The notes beneath the pieces are model-generated. The model did no database searches. It was not told the origin of the DNA and saw only the letters and a list, made by a program, of their open reading frames with translations. 64,000 bases of DNA from Camelus ferus (Eukaryota). Location of the stretch: contig NC_045696.1 in the NCBI RefSeq assembly GCF_009834535.1, positions 72,728,001 through 72,792,000 on the forward strand, in the 5' to 3' direction. The position numbers were made by a program, and so were the translations under genes. Within the stretch, counting starts at the first letter, position 1. Each line of letters begins with the position of its first letter. Shown here piece after piece: positions 24,996 through 37,644 of the stretch.

Positions 24996-25479
24996 TATAA
25001 ATACAAATGAAAGCAGTTAATACAGTCCACAAACAATTGAGTATTAGTGTGTCCAAAAGAACATGGATTGTTACGGCAAATATAATCTACTTGTGAGTAT
25101 AGGATTTCTTTACAAGAAAGAAGAAGAAATGTAATTTTGTTTTCATCTCTTGATTCCCACCCTGTCTATGGTCTTTGAGAGCAGAGATCGTTTTTACTCA
25201 TCTTTCTATGCTAGCCCTTGGCATGTAATAAGGATTCTCATAACTAGGCCATGTCGTGAATTGTGAATCGGCTCTAAATACAATCCAGGAACATTGCGAC
25301 GTTCCCCCCTAAGATGGTGCTAAAAAATCAAATATAAGTTGGAGTGTTGAGAGGTAAATTAACTAAGAAAAAATTTTTCTTCTAACTTCCCAGGGTTCAA
25401 GAGGTTCAAAATCTAAACCCTTTGGTTGCTAACTCTTAACACCTCCTTTTCACACAAGCTGCAAGATGATGAAATTGCT

Positions 25480-26200
25480 AGAGATTTTCGGGAGGCTCCT
25501 CAGTGGTACCCAGGGGTAGTCGTGTGGGTCACATGGGTAACTGCGGCCCAGCAAGATGTTGCATTTCATCAGATATTTAGCTTCAGCAATTCGGACTGCG
25601 TGGCTATCTTAATGAACACAGCATGTACATTAAGTAAGGTTAGCGCTTCTTCCTGGAAAAGCAAATTTACTCCAACGCCTGTCACAATTACCCTTTTAAG
25701 GGGAGTGGACAAACGTGGCTGACATGTGACCTTTTAACTTCCCAGGCACTTCCATACCTGGGGCGTTTTGCCCAGCAATGTGCAGCCGGCGCTGTTTGTT
25801 TGCACTCTCCTCTGTTATCCTGTTGTTTGTTTTGCCCACACCGCTGTATTTGTGCTGAACACAGCTCAGACCCCACCACGAGCACGGCCTCTGGTCTGAC
25901 ACGAAAACAGCCTCCGGGAGGGGAAATTCTCCAGAGTGCTGCCTAGTGTGTAGACCTGGCGTGGGGGTGTTACTTCCCCTACTGCCACTAGACCCTGACG
26001 TGGCAAAACACATTTTTGAAAGGTACACAGGCGCGCTTTCTTTTTTCCCAGCCCTGTTTCCATGCACTCTCTTCCACTAGAGATGGGCCTGTGTTCAGAC
26101 GTTACCTTGTTCCTGAGTGTGGCCAAGGGGAGGCTCACTGGCTGGAAAGCCAGAGAAAGGGTTTTTGCTTTGAGTCAGAGGTTGAATTAAATGACCTTTT
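25480..26200. promoter_or_regulatory. Putative enhancer (CpG-retaining, motif-dense unique sequence)
   Basis: About 20 CpGs in ~620 bp against a depleted background; TTCCTGGAA (STAT, 25650), CATGTGAC (E/M-box, 25723), TGTTTGTTT (FOX), GGGGAAATTCTCC (NF-kB-like, 25920), GGCGTGGGGGTG (KLF/SP), TGACGTGGCA (XBP1/CREB3, 25996), TGAGTCA (AP-1, 26171). Confidence 0.55.
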
Positions 26201-27364
26201 TAAATCCTGAGATTCTCTGATTCTACAGAGAGGGGTAAAAGGGCAAGTATTCATGGCACTTAATTCTAAAACATTGCTTTGGCAAAGGATTATAGAATAG
26301 GATGAGGTACAATATACAAATATTCTTAAGCAAATAATTTACTAATAGTGTTAATTAGCAAGTTAGCTGTACTCAGTTTCTGCCATGGACTTGGGTTTCT
26401 CTGTACTGTTAAAAGTGGCCATAGACTTCTCAGGGTAGTCAGATTTCAAGGAAAGGCTGAATGGAGGTCCATATATATCTAATTGCTCAGTCATGCCTCA
26501 ATTCTTGATGTGTGTGATTTTTCTCTGTGCTCAGTTCTCATTACAGCCCTCCACTCACCATGATTTCCAGGCTCATCTGAAAACAAAATCCATTTCCTAA
26601 AGTTTCTGTGTGGTTAGCCAGAGGACTTTACCCACCTGGAACTCGATTTCTCCATTTGAAAATTAGGAGGATATTTGAGACTTCTCTATCTCAGTAAAAA
26701 TCAAAATAGGGACTCCTGTTAAAGCTGGTAAAACTCAATTCTTTCCCTAATTCTGAGTCTTGCACAGGCCACAAGACAGAGGAGAAGCAGTGTGACTGAT
26801 GGGAAAGCGCGGTCCCTCACCTGCTGTGTGGTTTGAGGTGGGTCACCCTGTCTCTCCTGGTCTCAGTTTCCTTGTTCCTTGGGCAGGGGGTGGGGGGGAG
26901 GGCGTTGATAAGGTTGAGCTCAGCAGTCCCTTTTGATGCCCTCTTCCTCTAAAAATCTCCTGTCCAAGAGAAAGCACTTCACAGCCTCCCTGTGTTGCTG
27001 CTGCAGTCTCAGTATATACTTGGAGATGTTGGCTTCACATGCTTTTCTCCATTTTCAAAGTGCAGTGGAAGTCTCTCTGGGGCATGGGGAGGATGCTCTC
27101 CCAGATACGCTAACGAGAAATGAGCAGAAAACAGCTCAGCCGGGCTTGTACCTCTCCCGCCCCAGGCTCTTCCCTGAGGTGCAGGTCCCCGGAGAGAGCA
27201 AGATGGGGTGTCTCCAACGGTGGCAGATATGCTCATTCCCTCACACTTGGCTTGGCAGCATCACACGGGGCCACCGCCGCCACCACCACCATCAGGGAGG
27301 TTTCAGCAGCTTGCCCTTCCGTCTCAAAAGTCAGAAGGCAGTAAAAACGGCATCTCCACCCCTG

Positions 27365-27545
27365 TAGACACTGTGGGGCAGCCCCTGTGCTCCATGCGGT
27401 ACATGCATCATCTCGTGTCCTGCTGCAACACTCCCAAGAAGCCAGTACTTACACTGGTCCCCACTGTATAGAAGGAGAAACGAAGAGTCTTCCACGATGA
27501 AGTGGCCAAGCCAGTTTCCAAAGCAGGACCATCTCATTCTCAACC
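27365..27545 (-). mobile_element. MIR SINE
   Basis: catctcgtgtcctgctgcaacactccc...ccccactgtatagaaggagaaacgaag...gaagtggccaag. Confidence 0.55.
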
Positions 27546-28779
27546 TCTCGTTCTTTCTAGTGTTTTCCACTGCCTCACCTCACCATGGTCAGTTTGTTAA
27601 GGAAACATCTCAACAACATTCATCATCATCATCATCTTCATCATTATTCTATCTTTTAAAAAGAAATCTGGAGGGGATTCGGGGGATAGAATGTCTAGAT
27701 AAGCATGAAAAATTCCCCTTCCAAAATGGCTGTGCAGCTTTCCTTAGCCCAACCTGGGAACACGGACACCTTGTGAGCTGGTGGCAGCCAAGTGCTCATT
27801 TGATTCCCTTACTCTCAAAAGAGCGACTGGCCATCTATTTTTAAATGAACTAAAACTAATTTCATTTTGAGAATTCTTCAGAACATTTCCTGACAGTCAT
27901 TGAGATAATGGGGAACATCCTGGAGTGCCATAAAACCAAGGCTGGGAATCAGTGTTCTAAGGACTGAAGAAGCAAATTAATTTTTCTTTCCGGCTTTCTT
28001 CAAATAGTTTTCGAGCATGAAAACTCAACTTCCTAAGGCTTTCATTATTTGTTTTGGCTTCCTTTTCCTTGTGATCCTTTCTCTTCTTTATTTACTGTGT
28101 ATAGAGGACGGCTGAGCTCATTAATGTATCTCTTAACCGAATTAGCTTTCTTCCCATGAAACAATGGCCCTCGTTCCAGGAATGTGCAGGTTTTTAGAGC
28201 CAGGAAGAAGGCTGTGACCTTCTGATCCGTTCCGCTGTCAGGCTGAGCAAAGGTGACTCATGAAACACTGTCGAGGTTCAGGAAAAAACAGCACAGCAAG
28301 ACAGTGCCCTGTCTTAATAATAGGAAAAATACATTTTCAAAGAGTTGTGCTAGGTTTCTTTTGAAGACTCTGCTCCTGGTTTTCAAGGTATCTGACCTAA
28401 CCTGATTGAATTCTGGAATAAGCAGAGCTTCAGAAGAGGGAACCTGCATGCTGTCATCATGATGTGTTTATAGGCAAAGCCAAAACAGTTCCCAGGGAAA
28501 ATTGAATATAAATGTCTAGTTCAGGGTGGCCCATTTAAAGCTTAAATCTCATAAAACTTAAGTATGACTGCCATGGGACATTTTAAGTCTGCCATCTATC
28601 TGTTTACCTGTCAGTGACAATTTTTTTCCTTACTGTCAGTCTTCTCAGTGCCTTCTTGCTTCACCTTTCACATTGATTCAATATTCAGTCATTCATTCAT
28701 TCAGCCATTCACTCCATTAGCACTGAATAGGCACTATTGCAAATATAGGACTTTCACAAAATACTTTTCCATTAGCCAA

Positions 28780-28885
28780 CTCTGTTCCTTTGGGAGAAGT
28801 CACTTAACTACTCTGAGCTTCAGTTTCCTCATCTGCTGAAATGCGGAATTGGACAGAATCTCTTCCAGCAATTTTATTCTATAAT
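28780..28885 (+). mobile_element. MIR (MIR3-like) fragment
   Basis: aagtcacttaactactctgagcttcagtttcctcatctgctgaaatg. Confidence 0.75.
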
Positions 28886-29263
28886 TTCTAAACAAATCCC
28901 CAACTCATAGCATGGGCATTTCTATTGATAAAATATTCATCCAAGCTGGGAAACAAATATAATATTTGGCAGCTCGTTGTAAAACAAATCTCCCTAATAA
29001 CTATACTCTTGTTAACTGACAACCAACCAAACAGCCTGATATAGGTCTGACCATGAAAATTTTGCCAGCTAAGTGGTCTAAGTCTCCTAGAAGTCCACGA
29101 ACTTGATCTCCCAATGGTTGTAGTTCTATTTGCTTATTGTTTTTTTTAAATTCCTGGCATTAAGCCCACTGTTTAGAAGTAGGGTATTTAAGACTTGGTA
29201 CCTAATACTTCCCTTGCCTTGGTAATAGTCAGAGTCAGACTGGTGACCAGGCTAGAAACAGAT

Positions 29264-29701
29264 TGTGGCAGAGTCAGCTCCTTGTCCCCAGTGTCCACTC
29301 GCTTGCTTTCCCTTTTAGTAATAGGAGACCTGAGTTTCAGATAAGCACTAGACAGCAGAAACAAAAGTCTGCATTCTCCTGACTCCCTTGCAACTAGGTG
29401 TGCCCGTGAGGCTGCATCGGAGCCAACGGGATGAGAGCTGAAGGGATGCCTGGCACACTGGGTCATCTCCTTGAAGATGAACCCACTTGCCATGCATTTT
29501 CCCTTGCTTCCTTCCTGCTGTCTGGGAAATGCCGACAGCTCCAACAAACTTCCAGACAGGTATTGAGGATGCCAGGGCTGCTGACCAGGCATGAACCGTT
29601 AAATTGTTAAGAGAGGGAGGTAAATAAATTTCTGTCTTATTTATGCCATTTTCTATCACAGATACTTGGTTACAACAGTTCAGCCTATACCCTAACTAAC
29701 A
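29264..29701 (+). mobile_element. MLT1 (MLT1I/J-like) solo LTR
   Basis: Starts tgtggcagag; ctcccttgcaactaggtgtgcccgtga; aataaatttctgtcttatttatgcca; ends ccctaactaaca. Confidence 0.75.
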
Positions 29702-30017
29702 TCCTTAGTTCTGAACCTAACAAAGGAAAATTGTCTTAGAAGGAGTTATAAATATTATGTATTTAAAAAATAGCACTTAGGGAGGATGGTAAGGGGATGA
29801 TAGATTATACTGCTTTTCAAGTGTATTCCGAAGAGAGGTGGGTGTCAGAAAAATGAAAAAAATGATGCGTCCCATTTGAGGATCTCTTTAGAGTCAGGGA
29901 TGACCCTCAGACCAGCTGAGCCTAACAGTACAAAGAAGACTACTGGATGTCAGAGGCAAAAACCTCTGATCAGACATTTTATTTAGTTCTTTTGTTGTTA
30001 TATACTTTTTTTAACAT

Positions 30018-30172
30018 TAAAAAAAAAACTGTTGAAGTGTGGTTGATTTACAATGTTTCAGGTGTACAGCAAAGTGATTCAGTTATACACATACATACAT
30101 ACATACATATTTTCTTTTCAGAGATTCTTTTCCATTATATATTATTACAAGAAATTGAATATAGTTCCCTGT
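30018..30172 (-). mobile_element. Cetartiodactyl-type L1 3' end
   Basis: ttgaagtgtggttgatttacaatgtttcaggtgtacagcaaagtgattcagttatac...gattcttttccattata...gaatatagttccctgt. Confidence 0.88.
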
Positions 30173-30189
30173 CTTATGCCCATTCAGTA

Positions 30190-30422
30190 AACAGAGGCTT
30201 TGCAGCCAGGCAAATTTGAGTCAAATTGTAGTGTTTACCACTGACTAGTGAAGAGATTGGGCAAGTCACTAAACCACTGAGCCTCAGTTTCCTCATCTAT
30301 AAAAGGGAAAAAAATAATAGATGTTCCCTACAGAGTTATTGCAAAAATCAAAATAATACATTGGCTCTCATGGTGTTTGGCACCTAGTGAGCTCTCACTG
30401 AATAAGGACTGTTACCATTATT
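30190..30422 (+). mobile_element. MIR SINE
   Basis: gggcaagtcactaaaccactgagcctcagtttcctcatctataaaaggg...tggcacctagtgagctctc. Confidence 0.85.
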
Positions 30423-31374
30423 GCCCTTCTCAGACCAGTGGCTTGGCAGTGTTGCTGCTACTGATTCAGCTGCCATTTTGCAGGCATCCTACTTTCTGAG
30501 TGGACTGCGAGGGCCTTTCTACTGAACTCCCCATTACAGCAGCACCTGCCGTCAGCTCCTAACTCTGCATCTGCAGACCTGGCAAACCCAAAGCAGGTCC
30601 GTGGCTCCCCAGTGTCCATGCTGCATGAAGGTGAGCATCTTTTTTCAGACATTTAGTAAGGAGCTTGGGTAACTGCATACTCTGCTTGGGGTTTAGGACT
30701 TGGTAAAATTACCCAAGCAGGTCAAGTTCCTACTGCAAGTCTCATTTGCAAACACAGAGCCTCAGCCTCTGTGCCCCTCACTTACATGCTTTCTTCTCCT
30801 GATCCTTCTTTGAGGATTATTTTTCAAATAATACTTACACAGCTCTCCAAACGCCTGCCTCAAAGGACCCTCATCTTTTTGATGCACTTTGCTTCTGCAT
30901 ATTATGGTGCTCTCATTTGGAACGGGAAGAATTTTAAATGTATGTCACGGAACGTCTGAATCCTCTTACGTACTTTCTAGTTACCCTTGAAATATTTTTG
31001 TGCAGGTTAAAGGGACTGCACGGTTTCTTCAGAATCAGAACCTGCTTTGTGCTGCATTCAGAAGGTTTCAACTGGGATGATCTCTTCAGGAATCCAAAGT
31101 GGGGGGCTGAAACAAAGGACTCTGATTCTTGTACTTCAAATTTGCCTGAAAATATCCCTCTCATCATCCAAAGTCAAATAAACCCCAATTAAAGCAAATA
31201 AAAAAAGCCGAACAGGTTGTAAAGACATCACGACCTATGTGCTCAAAGCTCTTCCAAATCTATTGCAGCGTAGGATATCCATGTTTTAAAAAATATCTGC
31301 ATTATGCTTCAGATTCTAATGATGGTGACATATTTATTCCAACTGAATTCAGGCCAGCTCAACTCCTCAGATAA

Positions 31375-31580
31375 CAAAGATTATTTATTAAATGGCTCCT
31401 ATGGGCCAGTTAAGACACAGGGCTTAGGACTTTGCATTAGCTAATTCTTAAAGTTAATAATACAATTATGCCCATTTTGAAGTCAGAGTGAGGCTTGGAC
31501 CACAAAGTCACATAGACAGTAAATGGCAAGTGTAGATTCAAACCTAGGTCTGTCAGTCCCTCGCCAAACCTAACATTTCT
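31375..31580 (-). mobile_element. MIR SINE
   Basis: atttattaaatggctcctatgggccag...aaagtcacatagacagtaaatggc...ttcaaacctaggtctg. Confidence 0.7.
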
Positions 31581-32675
31581 TACTCCTCAAATTGGGGGCT
31601 TCTTTGGGATTAAGCAGTTTCACTTTACTATAAAACTAAAGCTCATATCTCAGAATTAACTTAGGTGGAGACCAACCCTATTTTTTTCTTTGTCATCCTG
31701 GAAAGCCATGATTTAGCAGACATTGTGATTTCGGAGCAAAAATAAAAGGAGAGACTTTGTATATGATAAGTACTTTTTTTCTTTATTATTTCAGATATGA
31801 TGGGGGAAAGAAGCTTAATGGGATTTAGTATGAGTTCAGATTATTTAAAAACGTACCTTTCTGTGTTAACATGGGTACCCCAGATATGTAAAATGTGTCA
31901 GTTTCTCTGAATTAATGGAGGGTAGAGGGAATCTGTTTGTCAAATTATTTCCCCTTCATCTCTACACCCCAGAGATCTCCGTCTATCACCCCTCAAACAA
32001 TATATCTTCAGAGAGAGAACTCCTGGGAACTTTAGGGAAGTATCTCTGTCCAGGAGTAGCAGAGCCAGTGCCCAGGAAGCACCCCAGCGCCCCAGCTTAA
32101 GTCCTTCCTCATGGTCGTTTAGCAGATGGCTTGGAACTCAGGGCAGCTGCTTTGCTGGTGTCCCTTACCCTCCTCCCCGACCCTCCTCTGGATTTCCACT
32201 GCACCTCTCCTCCTCCATTTACATTTTTTAGGTAGAGAAATAGATAAAACCTGAAAGTTATCCAGGCTCACTTGGCCTGGAGGACCAGGGTTGCCATGAC
32301 CCAGAGGGCAAGGCTGCCAGACAGCACCAAAGAAACACTCAGCCCAGTGAGAGTGGGTGCTGACACGTAAATCAGGCAGAAGAGGCGTGTGGCTGGGGGC
32401 CTGTGAATCTCCACCCGCGATCACAGACGCTCCATCCCACAATGGAGCAGTACATGAAGGAGCAACAAAGAGACCATCTTATCGTTTGGGGATTAAAAAC
32501 AAACCAACCTCATGTACATTTTTGGGAGGAAATTCCTATCTAGAGAATACCTTTTAAAACAATTATTTATGAATTTTATAATTCTTAAAATAGTTAACAA
32601 CTATGACATCCCTAATAGAAAAAGAAAAACTAAAGATTTGGGTGATTGACTCTCAATATTGTAAAGAAATAATCC

Positions 32676-32890
32676 TGTAGAATAGATAAGCAAGATTATA
32701 CTGTATAGCACAGGGAAATATACACAAAATCTATGGTAGCTCACAGAGAAAAAAATGTGACAATGAATATATATATGTTTATGTATAACTGAAAAATTGT
32801 AATGAACACTGGAATTTGACACAACATTGTAAAATGATTATAAATCAATAAAAAATGTTTAAAAAAAAGAGGTGATCAAAAAAAAAAAAA
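32676..32890 (+). mobile_element. Young camelid-type L1, 5'-truncated, with poly-A tail and TSD
   Basis: gattatactgtatagcacagggaaatatacacaaaatc...gacacaacattgtaaaatgattataaatcaataaa followed by A tracts; TSD aaagaa(a/g)taatcc at 32663-32675 and 32888-32900. Confidence 0.9.
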
Positions 32891-33069
32891 GAAGTAATCC
32901 AGTAAAAAGAAAATTACAGTCATAAATGGATGGTAACCATTTTATCTCGAGCAACCCTACCCCAGTATAAGTTACTAATACTTTATACTGAACAGTCATC
33001 ACATTTAATAATGATAATGGTTTGACACAAACAGCTTTGTCCTATTTTCAAAGCACTTTTCCATAATTA

Positions 33070-33410
33070 ACATTTGTTAAGTATTTTGGAATTTACTAAG
33101 TGCCAGATAAAGGAATGGGAAAAGGAAAAGGAATATATATAATTATATATATATTCCTGAATCACTATGCTGTACACCAGAAATTAACACAACATTGTAA
33201 ACCACTACAAAATGGTGGGCGGGTAAACCATGTCCTTAGTGGTTTACGTGGGTTATTCCATTGAATCCTTCACAATTTTGTGAGTGAGACATCATCAGCT
33301 CCATTTCATAGATGGGAAAACTGAAGTTCAGGTGACTTTCTCAATATCCAAAATGAGTAACTACAGTCCTAGGGCTCCCTTCTTCTGTTCTGTTCCTGTG
33401 CACTCAGTAC
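33070..33410 (-). mobile_element. MIR SINE interrupted by a short L1 fragment
   Basis: tttactaagtgccag | insert | ttattccattgaatccttcacaa...ctccatttcatagatgggaaaactgaagttcag. Confidence 0.7.
33111..33208 (+). mobile_element. Short L1 3'-UTR fragment lacking a poly-A tail
   Basis: ctgaatcactatgctgtacaccagaaattaacacaacattgtaaac. Confidence 0.8.
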
Positions 33411-34307
33411 TAATGACCACTCTTACCAAGCCACACTGAATGGAACTGGAGCATTTTAAAATAACATTTATCAACAACATCTACAATCTTCTCTTTGCCA
33501 TTAAAAAAAAAAAAAGGTGTTGCGGTATATTTTCATATATACTGCATAATTTCCAAGCCTTCTTCAGGGCACGCCAAGGCTTGATGTTGGGTGGACTTCA
33601 TGATTTCTTGTTGAGGTTCCTATCTTGCATGTGGTATTACTGAGTATGTTCTATTTATCCATGGAATTGTTGTAGACTGCCATGTTGGCCCAAGAGTAGA
33701 TGTGGCCCCAGGTCAGGTTACAGTTCAGAGTTTTGCTTTGAAAGTCTAGAGGACAGGGTGGTTCATTCCACCTTTGGGTGATAGAAAAACTTCCTGGAGT
33801 GAGTAGGGTTTGAACTGGGGTTTGAAGCATAGAAAATGGACAGTTGTAAGCAAGAAAACACACTCCTGACCTTTACAGGTGAAGTATACTTAAACACATG
33901 AACCATCAGATATTTGATTAAAATATTTTAATTATGTCAAGGAAGCTCTTTTAGGTATTTATTTCTATCCATAAGATATAGATGGTTGTCAAAAAGTAAA
34001 ACAAGAGCAATTAAAAGGGCTTTGAGGGTTATATTTATGGAGCTGATTGGTATAACTCAATTGCTTCTCTGCACTAGTACTGAAAATGAACATTATAGAA
34101 ATATACAGTTTAGTCTTATACTTACTATAGGTTTATTGCTAATGTACAGAGTATTGTAGAAAGATAAAAAATAAGTAGACTTTATTCCACATTAAATATC
34201 AGTTGTGAGTGATTTAGGCACGATGTTCTCTAGAGTCCTACCTACTGAGTCCTGTTCTGTTATCATTGGCATCCTTACAATCCCTATCTCTAGTAAAGAA
34301 CATTGGC

Positions 34308-34428
34308 TACACACACACACTGCACACCACACACACACCACACACACCACACACACCACACACACACACACACACACACCACACAAACACCACACATACA
34401 CACACACACCACATGGCAATGCACACAT
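34308..34428. repeat. Interrupted (CA)n / (CCACACACA)n low-complexity repeat
   Basis: Direct reading. Confidence 0.95.
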
Positions 34429-34779
34429 GGGTCAGTTGCTCTCTTATTTCCTCAAAATATTCCCCTTGCTTTTTGTATTGTTTACATTTTAACATTTCTT
34501 AGCTAAAGTCAGCTTCTTTAAGATAAGACTATTGAAATGAATGGTTTACATTCTCTAGACCTCTTTATAAAGCAACATACCTGATCTGGTTCAAAATTCA
34601 GGTGTAGGAAGCAAATGCTAATAGGATGACCATCAATCTGGTCCATCAGTCAGGCCCATCAGTCTGAGAACTGCAAGCTGCACCATCACTCTTTTTGCCT
34701 TGCTGCATTCTGACCGTGTTCCCCATCTCTTGTAATTTCACACCACTGACATTTCATTCTGCCTTTTAGATCCAGTCTT

Positions 34780-35345
34780 CAAATTGCCACCAAGGTTGCC
34801 TTCCCCTGAGTTATGTCAAAATACTTTCTCCAAACCTGTTTAGGTCCCCATCATTCATTAAATAAAGCCTGCCTCTCTTTTCTGCATAGGGGGAGCCCTG
34901 CATAAATAAACCTCACACTGCCTCGTAGCCGCATTTATCACCACGTCCCTCACATGTCCCCAACCCTTCCACCAAGCACATCATTTGCGCCAACCAGGCA
35001 GAGCCTCACTCTCAGCCAGGAATATCCTTCCTCACTCTCCTTGAAAAGAAGAATCCTATTTTTTCTCAAAGATAAAATCAAAAATCAGTAACCAAGGGGA
35101 GTATGTTAAAACAGGAAATTGCTTGTCTAATTCGCTCACAGGACAGTCTGTTCTTCAATATTCTCCTGACCTTCAGTTCCCATCTCCCAAAATCTCGAAA
35201 CACAATCACTTCTGATTATATCATATCATAGTGTGGCTTTTGAAGTTTTATTTGCCCTTTTGCTTTATTCTGGCTTGTGTTATGGTGACTTGTCTATTTC
35301 TCTCTCTCCCCCACTAAATTTTAAGTGCCTTGAAGTCAGGGCACT
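34780..35345 (+). mobile_element. Degenerate L2 fragment
   Basis: cagccaggaatatccttcctc..., ctctctccccccactaaattttaagtgccttgaagtcaggg. Confidence 0.5.
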
Positions 35346-35929
35346 TAAAAAAATCATGTCTTACTGATTTTTTCCATATCCAGAATTGCATTTTAATTCT
35401 GTCTTTTGGCCTTAAAGACTGAGAATGTGATGCTTTGGCAATAATAAATACAAAAGTTTTAATTTAATGACAGGAAAACTACATCTACATAAACTGCATG
35501 GTAACCACAAAGCAAACATCCAATAAATGTTTGTTGACTGGAATGTTGACTGAATTACACATTTATAGAATGAATTGTTGAGATAGAACTTTATTTTCTC
35601 CTAGTTCAGCTACAGCACAAGCTGAGGAAGAACAAATAAAATTGTTGGTTAAGATCTCTTCTTTGTTTCTTTAATAATTTTTCATGGCCAACTAAAAACC
35701 CATGAAAATGAGTGGGAGGGGGGTTGCCTCCAAGAAACTGACATGGCTTTTGTATAGATAATTTTACTAATCTTTAAACAAATACACATCATTAATTAAG
35801 TTTCTTACTGAGAGATTGGGAAATTTATGTTCTGGTGGCCCAACTCTTTGAGCTTCTAGAAGAAGCCCAGTACATCCACGTAAATCCTTGAAATATCACT
35901 ACAGAGGGTAGTGAATAGTAACTTCCATT

Positions 35930-36155
35930 TATGCGTACTCTGCCATTTATAAGGTGTTTTCTTATATAGTCTTCTTTAACCTTCACAGAAAGCTGGTGAG
36001 GTAGGTTTTAACCACATTTTCAGGTTGAAAACAAACAAACAAACAAATGAACAAAAGACTCATGACTTTAAATGTCTTTCCAAAGGTCATGCAGCTAGGA
36101 TACAGCAGAATTCAGAACCTGAGTCTTTTGACTCCAAATCTAGTGCTCCCCACAG
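35930..36155 (-). mobile_element. MIR SINE with internal (AAAC)n
   Basis: tttaaccttcacagaaagctggtgaggtagg...ccaaaggtcatgcagctag...gagtcttttgactccaaatctagtgctc. Confidence 0.8.
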
Positions 36156-37644
36156 CATCTTGCAGAAACTAAAGCAAGACTGAGCCACAGCACACTTAGA
36201 AAAAGAAAAGCAGGGTCTGCACAACCACGTAGATTGAAAAGACCATGAGACTCTGGAGACAACGCTGTCTCCCCTCGTCAGGGCTTGGGGGATGAGAGTA
36301 GTAGCCTGGAGCAAATGGAGTGGATCGTGCACGCGGGGAGAAGAGTCAGAGCGAGCAGGAAATGCAGCAGCGCCCAAGGGGCCAACACAAACCTGGCATC
36401 TCCAAGAAGGTGATTAGGAACAATACCCCAAACACACCATGACCTTATCCTAAAATGTGCTGCCCCTGGAGAGAAGTCTGGGTCACCACCCAATCCCAGG
36501 GAGGACTGCAATCGCACCAGAGAATGGCCTTGGGATGCCTGGCACTGGGGGTATTGGAGGCAACTTCTAAGTGTAGGATTAAACTAACGTAATTGAAATG
36601 AGGACAGGGATGCTATGCATGGGCAGACCTAAAGTTTTTTCAGTCCAGAAAGGCCAAAACAGAGAGGCCCATGAACAAATCTATAAATAACAAATAGCAT
36701 GGTTAATGTAAACATGTCCACAAAATCCTGAAAATAATAGAACATGAGGCAGTCTTGTAGCACTTGAGTAAGATGAGCACAGGCTCTATAAGAAATCCTC
36801 TCTGAATGATGTGTCAGGGAGGGTGACCGTTCAGAGGGTATTTGAGGTGCAGGGGGAGGGCAGAACTGGGGAACGCAGGGGAGTGCTGAGTTTTCTGTAA
36901 CCCTGGATTGCCAGAGGCACTGTAAAATGCACTTTAAGTAAGATGACTAAATTATGCCTCCAATAAATAAATAAATAAATAAAGTGGTTTGCACCTAAAA
37001 AAAAAAAAAAAGAAGAAGAAGAAGAAGAAGTCCTGTCTGCATCACTTCAGGTGTTACTAATGCAGGTGTAAGTATAATGTTTCAAAAGTTGACCAAACTC
37101 ATGAATCATAGGGTTGAATGGTTCCTAACAGAAATTGGGCTGATTCACACATTTCAGATGTGTTTACTGCTTCATTCAGCAAACATTTATTGAGTATGTA
37201 CTATGTACAATATCCTAGCAATGCTCGAGTGAACAAAAATGGCAATTCTCAGTCTCTTGGAGCCTGCAGCCCGGCTGACGTGCGTGAGGATGATGGGCTT
37301 GTCGGTGTGTCCTTTGGGCCCTGGATAGACCTTGGGTTTGATCTTCAATTGCAGCTTCTGTAGCTCTTGCTCTTCACTCTCCTGCTAATCTGGAGCAAGA
37401 AGGCAGCGAGCTGTTGAGGCTGAATGGGAGGATACAGCACTCAACAGGCAATTACCAACTATTCACAGCCGCAGAGAAAAAGACAACAAATGACCAGGGA
37501 CCCCTCTAAGATCCAGCAGGGGAACTTCATGTTAATGTGTTTAATGGCTCTGTCTTTTTCAAGCTCTCTAATACAATCTGAATTCCAAATATATTTATTA
37601 AGCAGGCACTATGGTAAGAAATGTGGTTCAGCAATCTCTAGACT

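Noticed and set aside
25295..25322. Second CTCF site (CCCTAAGATGGTGCTA)
   Set aside because: It has several mismatches in the 5' core, so it is too weak to call.
34192..34506. His/Thr-rich and Cys/Val-rich ORFs (also at 23.0-23.3, 44.1-44.5 and 61.7-61.9 kb)
   Set aside because: These are translations of CA/TG microsatellites or the minisatellite.
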